Both the position numbers and the translations under genes were made by a program. A model generated the notes under the pieces. That model saw only the letters and a program-made list of their open reading frames with translations. It had not been told where the DNA came from and did no database searches. From the NCBI RefSeq assembly GCF_028641065.1, contig NC_073405.1, forward strand, positions 6,572,001-6,636,000: a stretch of 64,000 nt of DNA. Direction: 5' to 3'. Origin of the DNA: Leucoraja erinacea. Its lineage: Eukaryota. Positions 1-11,614 of this stretch are shown here, one piece after another. The first letter of the stretch is position 1. Each line of letters begins with the position of its first letter.

Positions 1-974
1 ATAGTGTGATCCCAAGAGGGGACCATCGTTGCAAACCTTGGACTGGTTAACCAACATTTACTGCATGGGGGGGGGGGGGGGGGGGGGGGGGAAGAAGAGT
101 GGGGGAGAGAGAGAGAGTGTAAGTTACCTAAAATCAAATAATTCAATGTTCATAGTGAACACAGACACAAAATGTTGGAGTAACTCAATGGGTCAGGCAA
201 CATCTCTGGAGAAAATGAACAGGTGGCGTTTGTGTCTATCTTCGGTAAAAACCTGCATCCCGCAGTTCCTTCCTGCACAATGGATCTCAGTGTCAAGTCT
301 CTGACTCCCGTTGGCAGGCCATTCGGCCCACAGCCCGCCCAGCGATGACTAACCCATGTCACAGGGGGTTGGTGTGAAGGCGGAGTTAGACAGACCTTGA
401 TTAATGTTACGGTTGGGGAATGGGCCATAATATGGCCAGGGAAACGCTGTTATTCGTGACGCCCCCTGCGCCCTTTCCCAGCTGTTCTCAATCGCACCCC
501 TGGCCACACAAAAATGTATACTTTAAGAAGGAATACACGGAACATTTAAACTCAGAACGCTTCTAACAGAGTGAGCCATGTGAGCACTTTGATCATTCTC
601 CCTGTATTTGCATTTGACAAAATAGTCGGAAAAAAATGTTTAAAAGTGTTCATACCTTTTGCAATGCCTAATTGGCCCTTACCTCTGCGAAAATAGTCTG
701 ATATTCGTAGGTGAAATGTCACCAACAATAATTGATTCTATTATTAATTGGCTAATAATTGACTATTAGCGGAAAGATGCAATTCTGATCTAATATTATC
801 AATGCCTCTGTCTTTGGAAGCAACACCAGCAATTTATTAAATCTGACTACATGCGGCACAGTGGTAGAGTTGCTGCCTCACAGCCCCAGAGACCGGGGTT
901 CGATCCTGACCATGGGGGAGAGAGAGAGAGTGTAAGTTACCTAAGTTACCCAAGTCAGATCTGGAAAGAAAAAC

Positions 975-1210
975 ATAAAAAGCAGGAATAAATCAGCGGG
1001 TCAGGCAGCATCTCTTGAGAAAAAGAATAGGTGGCGATTCGAATCGGAACCCTTCTTCAGACATCCTAATCGGAATTGAGTCTGAAGATGTGTCTCGTCC
1101 CGAAACATCACCTATTTTTCTCCAGAGATGCTGCTTGACTCGCTGAGTTACTCCAGCTTTTTGTGTCTGTCTTCGGTTTAAACCAGCATGTGCAGTTCAC
1201 TCCTTACACG
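975..1210. mobile_element. Penelope-like pLTR remnant pair in inverted orientation
   Basis: CAGCGGGTCAGGCAGCATCTC…CCCTTCTTCAGAC is followed by its reverse complement GTCTGAAGA…GAGATGCTGCTTGACTCGCTGAG. The same repeat is joined to a GIY-YIG C-terminus at 23714-24041. Confidence 0.7.
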
Positions 1211-1299
1211 AGTCTCTGGAGAACATTGATTGGTAGCGTTCTGGACCCTGCTTCGGAAAAGCATCGATCGCTGGTCGGCGAGGACTCCGAGCTGTATCT

Positions 1300-1777
1300 C
1301 TCAAAGAAGTACATGTGAAAGATTTCTCACGGACGATAAAAATGCGGGACCTTTCAGTAAAATCCCTTTTAAAGATTATAGTTATTTTCTTAACATAACT
1401 CATGAATAAGTTGATGTCCATATGCGGATGCAAATCTTTATTTTTTAAATTCAATCCCACAGAAGACAATTTTTACTCGCCTTCTGTCCCCTCTGTCCAG
1501 CTTCCGGGTTCACCATTCGCAGGACACGCAAGAGTTATTACGGATATCGCACGGGCCACTACGTGCATACAATGTTGCAATGCTCAACCACAAGTGTACA
1601 AGTCACTCTTGGAGATATTCAAGCTTGCTTGAATTTTCTCCCGAGTCACCAATTTACGCGATTACCTGCCGTTAGCGCCACGGTGGTCCACGAATGCCGT
1701 ACTGTTATCGCACGAGGTTCCCACGATGCTAAACTCTGGTTAACTCTTGCGTCAAGTCGCCCCGTGAGAAAGGCCAG
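1300..1777 (-). mobile_element. Terminal fragment of a PIF/Harbinger element (same family as 11615-12907)
   Basis: 1470-1777 is the reverse complement of about 11620-11935. It ends with the TIR …CTCTTGCGTCAAGTCGCCCCGTGAGAAAGGCCAG followed by TAA. The inner boundary is approximate. Confidence 0.7.
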
Positions 1778-1884
1778 TAAGACAGTTGTGCAGAACAGGT
1801 AGAGAAAAATAGGCCAAATAAAATTCAGATCAGTTTAGTCGCCATTTTATTCAACAGTGAGGCAAGATTGAAGGATTGTAAGGT

Positions 1885-2165
1885 ACAGTCTGGAAACAGG
1901 CCCTTCAGCCTACTGAGTCCATGCTGACCATCGATCACCCGTTCATATTAGTTCTATGTTATACCACTCTCTCAGCCTCTCTCTACACCCTGGGGGCAAT
2001 TAACCTGCCAACCTCCACATCTTTGGGATGTAGGAGGGAGCCGGAGCACCTGGAGGAACATGCAAACTCCACACAGACAGGGCCTGAGGTCAGGATCGAA
2101 CCTGGGTCTCTGGCGCTGTGAGGCAGCAGCCTTCTCTATTGCAGCTGATTCTATTGTGCCACCCT
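1885..2165 (-). mobile_element. tRNA-derived HE1/V-SINE-type SINE
   Basis: Reverse complement of the A/B-box head, the GGAGTTTGCA…TTCCTCC central domain and the GAAGGGCCTGTTTCC tail. Confidence 0.7.
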
Positions 2166-2319
2166 ATATGACCGAGTCCTGCTTTTGCTTCTTATGTCTT
2201 AATATTCTGAATATTTTGCAGGTTCCCCAGTTTTAAACAAATATTCTTGGAGATAGTTGTATATTTAACGAAAGCCAATATTCAGATATCGACTGGTGAT
2301 TGGTGACCTGTTGTCTCTC

Positions 2320-2596
2320 ACAGTGCCAGAGGTCTGGATTTGATCCTGACCTCATTTGCTGTCTGTGTGGAGTTTGCACGTTCTCCCTGTGACCACGTGG
2401 GTTTCCTCCCGGTGCTCCGGTTTCCTTCCACATCCCCAAGAAATGTGGGTTTGTAGGTTCATTAGCCTCTGTAAATGACCCCTAGTGTGTAGGGAGTGGA
2501 TGAGTGTGAGATTACATACCACTAGTGTGATTGATGGTGGGCATGGACTTGATGGGCCGAAGGGCCTGTTTCCATGCCGTATCTCTAAAACTAAAC
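2320..2596 (+). mobile_element. HE1/V-SINE-type SINE
   Basis: TGTGTGGAGTTTGCACGTTCTCCCTGTG…GGGTTTCCTCCCGGTGCTCCGGTTTCC V-domain and a (CTAAA)n-like tail. Confidence 0.75.
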
Positions 2597-2675
2597 GTCA
2601 AATTGCAAGATTGAATTTGGACGAACAGGAAGACCATCCTAAATTTGAAACTCCACATCTTTTTCTTAATTGCAG

Positions 2676-3739
2676 AGTCTTCAAGACCTGAACATGAAGA
2701 TGGTGTCAAACTAATGGTAGATTCAATTAACAGTTCTGAAGCGATTCACTGTACGCAGAATGCATCAGCAAGATATTACTTGACCAGTCCCATTACCACG
2801 GTGGTGATCCCGGTCATTTCAAGCATCATCCTGATCATTGGCCTCCCGGCGAATGTGCTGGGCCTTTGGGTTCTGGCCACCAAGGTCCAGAGGATGCCCT
2901 CCACCATCTTCCTGATGAACCTGGCAACGGCCGACCTCCTCCTGATCCTGGTGCTGCCCTTTAAAATCCACTATCACTTCCAGGGCAACAACTGGGTCTT
3001 CGGCGAAGCTCTGTGTCGGACGATGACCGCCTTCTTCTACGGCAACATGTACTGCTCCATCCTCCTCCTCTCTTTCATCAGCATCGACCGCTACTTTGCC
3101 CTGGTCCATCCACTTCACGCCAAACGCTTCCGCGCCAACGGCATAGCGGTGGGAGCCTGCTCCATGCTTTGGGTTCTTGTCTGCCTCTCTGTGATACCCT
3201 TTCTCCTCCAGAGGCAGGCATATCCAATCCGGGACCTAAATATCACGACCTGCCACGATGTCTTGCCAGCCAGCGTGGACTCTGGCTATTTCTTCTACTA
3301 CTTTGTGTGTCTTATTGTCGTGGAATTCCTTGTTCCTTGCCTAGTCACTGTATTTTGTTACGTGTCCATAATCAAAACCCTGATGGTGAATGATCGCAAG
3401 TACGTGAAAGCTGTGAGCGCCATCGTTTTAGCGTTGATAGTGTATGTGGTGTGTTTCACTCCCAGTAAGATAATCCTGCTCATTCACCACTCCCGGTACC
3501 ACCTTATACATTGCAGCGGCCTCTATTTATATTACATGATCTTCCTGGAGCTCAGCACCCTCAATAACTGCATCGACCCCTTTATCTTTTATTACTTCTC
3601 CCAGGAGTTTTGGAGCAAACTGGGGCGTTCCCTTGTCTTTTGCAAAGAAAACCCAAAAGATAAAGGGTCGAGAAAATCTGCTCGGAAACGTTCTTGGCCC
3701 AATATGCCGTCAGCCCGCAGAGAGAACACACTAGTATAA
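2676..3739 (+). CDS. Protease-activated receptor-like GPCR copy 1 (PAR3/PAR4-type), 7TM exon; exon 1 not found in window
   Basis: Pyrimidine tract and acceptor TTTTTCTTAATTGCAG ending 2675, phase 1 in the 2645..3739 ORF frame. Intact 7TM with GLPAN, NLATADL, WVFGEALC, DRY, the PAR ECL2 hallmark ITTCHDVL and DPFIFY. The TTG ORF start is intronic. Confidence 0.9.
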
Positions 3740-3749
3740 GAAGCACCAG

Positions 3750-3846
3750 TGTCTGAAGAAGGGTCTCGACCCGAAACATCACCCAGTCCTTCTCTCCAGA
3801 GATGCTGCCTGTCCCGCTGAGTGACTTCAGCATTTTGTGTCTACAC
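3750..3846 (+). mobile_element. Penelope pLTR remnant with degenerate minimal hammerhead motif, directly after the stop codon of PAR copy 1
   Basis: CTGAAGA-A-GGGT-CTCG-ACCC-GAAAC-ATC; a CpG-type G>A change lies in stem III. Confidence 0.65.
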
Positions 3847-5249
3847 CATTGCAAGGCATGGAGCAAAGCCAGCTGAATGTACACGGGGAAGTGGACAACT
3901 AACGTCAAGTTTTGCAACATTAAAGTCAATGCTGGTTATAAATCTTGCCTGTTTTTCCCCTTTTGTTGGAAATGAGGAACAAGCTCAGCGACAATAGGTT
4001 TGTGAACTTTAGTTGCACCTGCCTTTTTATCTGCACACATCTCGTTTTTAATAATGCCTGTATACTAACCACCTTGTTCAAGGAAGTCAACTCAAGAGTC
4101 ATGTCATGAGTGTTTTATTTCCGTATGTCCCAAACGGAACAATAAAATGCTCACTGGCAGCAGCACGACAGAATATGTAAGCGTAGTAGAACTCTGTAAA
4201 GAAAATATTAAGTGAAAAAAAAGAGTTGAGTATTCTCGCACACCATCTCACACACACCATCTCACACACACCATCTCGCACCCACGCCGCAAAAGGACAA
4301 CACCAAGTCTATATAGTTTGGAGCTTATTTGGAGATTGTAGTGTTGGCTTCAAGGAAGATGCTGTTCCTGAACCTGGACGTCACAGCTTTTGGATTCCTG
4401 TATCTTCTTCCTGAGGGCAGGAATGAAATGAGTGTGTGTCCAGGGTGGTGTGGAGTTGCCTTGAGATGCAAGTCATTAGAGTCTTAAATTTTGCTGACCT
4501 TTAGTGCCAATAATTTCTCCAATAATCAGTTTTTAAAGCTGTTGCTAATTTATTTTTATTTTTTATTTTTTTTTTGTCCTACTCATAAAATTACTGAGGA
4601 GTTTCTCTGTCTTCTGCGAAACCAACACAGGTAACTTGTAGGTACACAAAATTGCTGGAGAAACTCAGCGGGTGCAGCAGCATCTATGGAGCGAAGAAAA
4701 TAGGCGACGTTTCGGGCCGAAACCCTTCTTCAGACAACTTGTAATTGCTCTGCCATTTCCGTATTTCCACTATGACACCTCCAGTCTCAGTCTGCAAGCA
4801 ATTCGCGCTAATGTTTGCCAATATTTTTCCTTGGACTGTAGAATTTAGAGATAGAGCATGGAAGCTGGCTCTTCGGCCCATCGAGTCCGCGCTGACCAGT
4901 GATCGCCTCGTACACAAGCACTACACTGCACACCGGGGACAATTTTTTACAATTTACCGAAGCCAATTAGCCTATAAACCTGTGCGTGTTTGTAGTGTGG
5001 GAGGAAACCGGAGGACACAAAAAAAACTCACGGGGTGAACGTTCAAATTCTTTGGTCAGGATCAAACCCTTGACCCTGAAGCTGTAAGGCAGCAACTCTG
5101 TGCTATCTCTACCACTGCACCACTGTGCTGTCCAAAATGTTTGTTATCATTTGTCTCATGTGGTTCACTAATTATCTACAGGTGGTTTTGGCTGGTTAAA
5201 ATATCCAAAACAGTTTGCTCTGCTTTCCTGTTCCTTATTTCTCATGCCT

Positions 5250-6660
5250 GGTCTCAATGTAAGGAGCATTCGTAATAAGGTGGATGAGCAAGCCTAAGGC
5301 AATTTTAATTATAATTTCTTAATGTAAAAAACAAACAACAATCTGTTGGGATTACAATTACAGTTAATTATAATTTCTTACGAAAATAAAAAAACAAACA
5401 ACATCTGTAAACATGTGGTAATTGAGCAACATTTGGACACCATCTTCCCAACTATCATTTATCAAATTTTGGCTGGTTAAAATATCCAAAAGGAACCAGG
5501 AAGAAATTGCAGAGTAATGCAATCTCTGCTTGGGCAAGAGTGACCATGGTTGAGTTCCATTATCAATGAAACGATGGTTCTGAACTTAAAGAAAGGTAAC
5601 TTTGAGGGTATGAGACGCCTCAATTAATTCTACATTTAAAGACTCTACAAAAATTGTTCATCCCAGACCAAATTAGCCAGAAAAAGCAGCATACCGGTGG
5701 ACTGGGAGAAATTCAAAGACCTTTAATTAGAAAGGAAAAATGTTATGAAAGACCTAAAAACTGACTGGGCTTATCCTACAGAAACAGGTGAGTTGATCAT
5801 GGGGAACAGATTGGCGGATTAACCCCGTCTTCACTCTTAATTGCGTTAGTACTTTAAAATCTTGAAACCCCGGGAATGGGTAAACTAGACCCGATATCCC
5901 CAGGCTGGCTGACCTTAAGGAAGTAGCCCAGAAATAGTGTGAAGGTCTAAGCTGAATGTGGTGTATATTTTTCTAATAATGAAACAAAGTGCAACTGAGT
6001 GGGTCAGGCAGCATCTGACGTTTCGGATGCTGATGCTTCATCACAATGCTTAATGCACAATGCTCTCTCCGATGGGATTTTTTGTGAGGCCCTCTCTGGC
6101 TTCTCCCACTCTGTGATTCCTGTTGCTCTCCCACATTGTTTGGCAGAGCAGTATGTGGATAAATGACCCGGACTCGCTATTATCTAAATGGTGGCCGACA
6201 AAGCAGCGAGACGGGTGTCATGGTACACCAGTCATTGAAGGTAGGCTTCAGTGCAGCAAGTAAAGGGTCCCTTTGACTTCTACTGCAGTTGTAAACGCCC
6301 ACCCAGTATTGCCTTTTTGGTCTCCAAATCTGAGGAAGGACATTATTGCCAGATGGAGTGCAGAGACGACAGACTGATTCTGATGTCATTCCAGAAGAAA
6401 GACACTTTTTACTCTCTAGAATTTAGAAGATTCCAGTTACAAAATTCTTAAGGGGTTGGACAGGCTAGATGCAGGAAGATTTTAGGGAAGTCCAGGACAA
6501 GGGGTCACAGCTTAAGGATAAAGGGGAAAACCCGAGATTTTTTTCATGCAGAGAGTGGTGAATCTCTGGAACTCTCTGCCACAGAGGGTAGTTGAGGCCA
6601 GTGTGTTTCTCTAAGGGGATCAGGGGGTAGGAGAGAAGGCAGATATTTTGGATGATCAGT
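5250..6660 (+). mobile_element. Garbled, telescoped CR1 LINE ORF2 (probable consensus artefact)
   Basis: Short collinear matches to the CR1 family at 57820-60578, running from the APE start (LNVRSIRNKVDE) to the 3' tail, interleaved with copies of flanking unique sequence. Confidence 0.6.
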
Positions 6661-7249
6661 AGTACAGGAAGGAAATTTCTGTTTCAGATGAAATGTTTCC
6701 CACCTCCTGGCTTAAACTCTTGAAGATTAGCGTTGTACACAAATAGGCTACAATCCCGCTGTGAGTGAAGGTCTAAGCAGGGTGTAGTAGAGCCCATTCG
6801 GCCCTTCGGCCAGCATGCTTCATCACAATGCTTAATGCACAATGCTCTCTCCGATCATCTCAATGTGATCATGGAAACACTGATCATCATCCCCAATCAG
6901 TACCCCGTTTCTGCCTTCTCCCCATATCCCCTGACTCTGCTATTTTTAAGAGCCCTATCTAGCTCTCTATTGAAAGCATCCAGAGAACCCGCCTCCACCG
7001 CCCTCTGTGGCAGAGAATTCCACAGACTCACAACTCTCCGTGAGAAAAAGTGTTTCCTCGTCTCCGTTCTAAATGGCTTACTCCTTATTCTTAAACTGTG
7101 GCCCCTGGTTCAGGACTCCCCCAACAGTCGGCAACATGTTTCCTGCCTCTCGAACCCTTGGGTCTCGACCCGAAACGTCACCCGTTCCTTCTCTCCAGAG
7201 ATGCTGCCTGTCCCACAGAGTTACTCCAGCTTTTTGCAGATATTTAATA

Positions 7250-7555
7250 ATGTTTAGTGCAAGAAAAGGTCCAGCAAAGTCCAATTAAAATGCAGTCCAA
7301 GGCTGCTCTCTAGTTGGTGATAGGGTGGTTCAGTTGCCTGATAACAGCTAGCAAGGAACTGTCCCTGAATGTGGAGGTGTGTGTTTTCACACTTCTGTTT
7401 CTCTTTGGAAGGGGGAGAGGAGGGAGTGAGCGGGATGTCCTTGATTATGCTGGTGCCCTTGCCGAGGCAGAATGAGGTGTAGACGGAGTCAATGGAAGGG
7501 GCGTAGGTTTGTGTGATGGTCTGGGCTGCGTCCACAACTTTCTGTAATTTCTTGC
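7250..7555 (-). mobile_element. Rex1/Babar-like LINE 3' fragment
   Basis: The minus-strand translation (AAQTIT…SID.VY…CLGK..SIIKD) matches the C-terminal region seen more clearly at 16315-16632. Confidence 0.55.
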
Positions 7556-8004
7556 TGTTTCGGATATTTTATACCAGCCAAACGTCAATGAAAGTTGGGA
7601 AGATGGCTACCAACTGTTGCTCGATTACCACAACTTTACAGATGCTGGCTTTATTTTTTTTGTTTTCATGAGAATTCATAATTAATTCATGATGGGAGCA
7701 AAGGCTCGGAAGGGGGGCATGAAAAGATTTGTCGAAAAGCATTGCACATTCAAAGCAATTTGGGGGGTTTACTCCCAATGAGCAGCCAGCAAATTGTATG
7801 CAGAGATGTGATGGTTTCGATCAAAATCAGTTTCTAACGTCGGGGATAGCCACTGAGTTACTGTTCCCTGAGTTTACCTCTGTCCTTGCAATCTCATGTC
7901 GTGCCTGATCATTTCCTGTGTGCACCATGTGAAGTAAACTTTTCTTCAGACACAAACATGCAGAGTCCACCACCACATCCTGCTTAATTTATTTTCCCCT
8001 GGAG

Positions 8005-8012
8005 TATAAATA
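8005..8012 (+). promoter_or_regulatory. Candidate TATA box of PAR-like copy 2
   Basis: TATAAATA 74 nt upstream of the ATG at 8079 (context ACCATGG). Confidence 0.5.
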
Positions 8013-8078
8013 GCAAGCACGAAAGTCATTGTTTGCAAACGATTGCTCACTGCCTGATGTGCAGTCGCCATCATAACC

Positions 8079-8160
8079 ATGGCTCTGTCTGCTCTCTGTC
8101 AAAAGGTCTTTCTTTTTGCGGTTTTGGCCTCGTCAGCTGAGTTTTGCAAAGTGACCAGAG
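8079..8160 (+). CDS. PAR-like copy 2, exon 1 (signal peptide MALSALCQKVFLFAVLASSAEFCKVTR-)
   Basis: Kozak-context ATG, 27 codons + 1 nt, hydrophobic core, donor AG|GTAAGT at 8161. Phase 1 matches the acceptor at 13955 (G+GA = Gly). Confidence 0.8.
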
Positions 8161-8189
8161 GTAAGTTATCTCTTCATCTTGCGTGAGAA

Positions 8190-8770
8190 AGAACTGTGAA
8201 AGCTGGTAAAATCGAAGGTAGACACAATCTCAGCGGGTGAGGCAGCATCTATGGAGAGAAGGAATGGGCAACATTATGGGTCAAGACCGTTCTTCAGACT
8301 AATGAAGAAGAAGAAGGGTCTTGACCCGAAACGTCGCCCATAGATGCTGCCTCAGCCGCTGAGTTACTCCAGCATTTCGTGTCTACATATCTCTTTATCT
8401 TGCTGGTACACAAAAATGCTGGAGGAACTCAGTGGGTGAGGCAGCATCCATGGAGCGAAGGAGATAGGCAACGTTTCAGGCCGAAACCTTTCTTCGGTCC
8501 GGAGAAGGGTCTCGACCCGAAACGTCATCTATTCCTTCGCTCCATAGATGTTGCCTCACCCACTGTGTTTCTCCAGCATTTTTGTCTACCTTCGATTTGA
8601 CGAGCATCTGCAGTTCTTTAAGCACAAAGTGCTGGAGTAACTCAGCGTCTCTGGAGAACAACATCTCTGGAGAACTCTGAAGTCTGAAGAAGGGTCCCGA
8701 CCTGAAAAGTCACCCATCCTTTTTCTCCAGAGATGCTGCCTGACCCGCTGAGTTACTCCAGCACTTTGTG
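8190..8770. mobile_element. Cluster of Penelope pLTR remnants (two inverted pairs plus one copy) at the start of copy 2 intron 1
   Basis: Repeated CTCAGCGGGTGAGGCAGCATC and GAAGGGTCTCGACCCGAAACGTC units on both strands. Confidence 0.7.
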
Positions 8771-11614
8771 GCTATCACTGATGTTGTGGAGATGCCCACA
8801 GATTAAGGTGTACACCTGATTTTCTATTAATGTTGAGTTTAGTTTATTGTCACGTGTTCTGAGCTTTTTGTTGCATGCTAACCAGTCAGCGGAAAGACAA
8901 TACATGATTACAATCGAGCTGTCCAGAGTGTTCAGAGGTACAGAATAAAGGTGACTGCCTATAAAAATTCATTTCACTTGCACTTTATGTGCAATGTGAC
9001 GAATAAAACCGTATTGTATTGTTAAATGCTACTCATCCCTCAGGCCTGATTCCCTATTTAAAATCATCCCTCTGCAGAACAAACGCCTTCACCCAATTCA
9101 ATTAAATCATGCAAGCAGTACACACTTTATTATACCTCTAAATTCAAACAAACAAACCTAGACTGTATGACTTATTCATGTAGATCTTAGGTCCATTTAT
9201 CTTAATATCCTTATTCGACTAAAATTTATCATTGCGTTTTAAACCTTCCAACTGATCTCCAGAATCCACAGATTTTTCCGCAGCCAGATCTTATGTCATT
9301 TCCATTGTTCTTTGTGTGAAGAAATGCCTCCTAATTTGTCGTCCGAACGGGACCTATCGTATTTTAAGAGTTTTCTCCATCTATTATTCGACACTTCTAT
9401 TTATTCTAACTACCAATGCTTTTTTTTCCTCTTAAATTGTAGTGTGGAAGAAATTAATTTAGGGGGAAATTAAAGGAAAATGAAAAGCCACAAACTTTAC
9501 AGGTTTGCTTCAAGAGACTTTATTGCAAGATAGCATGGAGAGATGGCGGCAGTAAACTGCCCACCAGTTCTCTGACTTTACAGCAGAATTAGCCCGCAGT
9601 TATACTGTGCAGTAAACAATTTTTTTTTTTTGTAGATACTACTCTACGAAAAGATGGTACCGATAGTAGATACTATCATCTACGTCGGTACCAATTATTT
9701 AATTAGTCATAACATTCTTTTCGTTTATGTTAAACTTATTCAACAACAGATGGTTAGTACAAGTCAAACACAATACAAGGGCATCTTGACATTATTCTAT
9801 CTTACCTTTTAGGCGACCCGCGCCACCATCCCTTCTCTGAGCCACTCATAAGCCCCCCCCCCCTCATTTACAGTAACATTTCTATGCTACTAGCGGTAGG
9901 GGGTGTGGGTGATCTACTGTAACTTCTCAAAAAAGGAAAAACAAGCTTCCTTACCTTCTCTACTATTTCTTGTTTACATTCACCATCTACCCGTCAACAC
10001 TTTCCCAGACAAGAGGTAATACATCGAATCTTATTTTGCCGATTCCCATGAACCTCTTCTACACTTGGTCAAGCAAGAGATGCCAATTGTCACATCCAAA
10101 CACCCTTTTGTTACCTTGCCTGGTGGGTTGAATGGCCATTGCAAATTGCACAGAGTGGGATATGTGTGTGTTAGAATCTGCAGAGGGGTAAAATTAATTC
10201 AAATTGATAAATAAATAATAAACAGAATAAAATGGCGTTGCTGTAAATAAGTGTAGGAAGGAACTGCAGACGCTGGCTCATACCGAAAATAGATACATAA
10301 AGCTGGAGTAGCTCAGCGGGACAGGCAGCATCTCTGGAGGAAAGGAATGGGTGACGTTTCCGGTCAGACTGAAGCAGGGTCACCACCCAAAATGCCACTT
10401 ATTCCTTAACGTCAGAGATGTTGCCTGACCCGCTGAATTGCTCCAGCTTTTTGTGTGTGTCTCTTCGATGTAAATAAGTGGTGGTGTGAACTCAATGGGC
10501 CAAAGGGTCTGAGTCGATGCTCTGCGACTGCGAATGACTTTAAAAGTTGATTATTCTGAGGACATTTTTCTAGTGACCTTAAATTGCATTTGAAATTCAA
10601 TTGTAGACTAGAGGCCACAGCTTTAAGCTTAAGGCTTATTTTACGCAGAGGTTAGTGGGTGCCTGAAATCCGTTACCAGTGGAAGCAGGTATGACAGGGG
10701 AATTTAAGAGATGTGTAGATAGGCGCTCCGCACAGTTTTTATCTTTGTATGCAACAGACGATAAAAGCCCGTCGTAGTCGTAGAGTCGTGCAGAGACAGG
10801 CCCTTTGGCCCAACTCACCCATGCTAACCAATGCGCCCAATTCCAATCTGTTGACAGCTCCAGTCCTTGTACTGTCCAAATGTCTGTTAAATGTTGCCTC
10901 AACTAACTCCTGGTAGTTTGTTCCGTATAGCCACCTACCTGTGTGTGTATTGTATTGTATTGTATATCTTTATTGTCATTTCCTGAGTATTCACATACCC
11001 AGAGGAAACAAAAAAACGTTGCTCAACCAGTGTCCATTCAGTGTGCATTAAAAATAAATAGAAATAAAAATACATATATCATGAACAAATTTAACACTCT
11101 ACTAAACATTCAACAGGCGTTCCGATCGGCAGCGGCACAACAGTGGCTCTGCTGCAGTGTGTCCAGGTTGGTGGTTGGTGCGCGATACTTGGCAGGGGGA
11201 AAAGTCCATTTAGCAGTCTTATAGCCTGTGGGAAGAAGCTGAGGAGCATCCAGCTGGTTTTGCAGTTAATGCTCCTGTACCTCTTCCCAGATGAGATGAG
11301 ATGTGAAAAGATTGTCCCTCGGGCTCCTATTAAATCTTTCCTCTCTCAGCTTAAACCTTTGTCCTCTGGGGCGTGCACGGTGCAGTAGAGGTAAAGTTGC
11401 TGCCTTACAGCATCAGAGACCTGGGTTCAGTTCTTACTATGGGTGCTTGTCGGTATACAGTTATCCCTGTGACCTGCGTGGGTTTTCTCTGAGACCTTCG
11501 GTTTCCTCCCACACTCCTAAGACGTACAGGTTTTTAGGTTGATTGGTCTGGTATAAAGGTTTAAAAAAAATAAATTAAAAAAAAATGTCCCCAGTCTGTG
11601 CAGGATAATGTTAA

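Noticed and set aside
2200-2260. Acceptor-like TTTTGCAG at 2221 as an extra exon of copy 1
   Set aside because: The phase-1 frame hits TAG after about 11 codons and no good donor follows.
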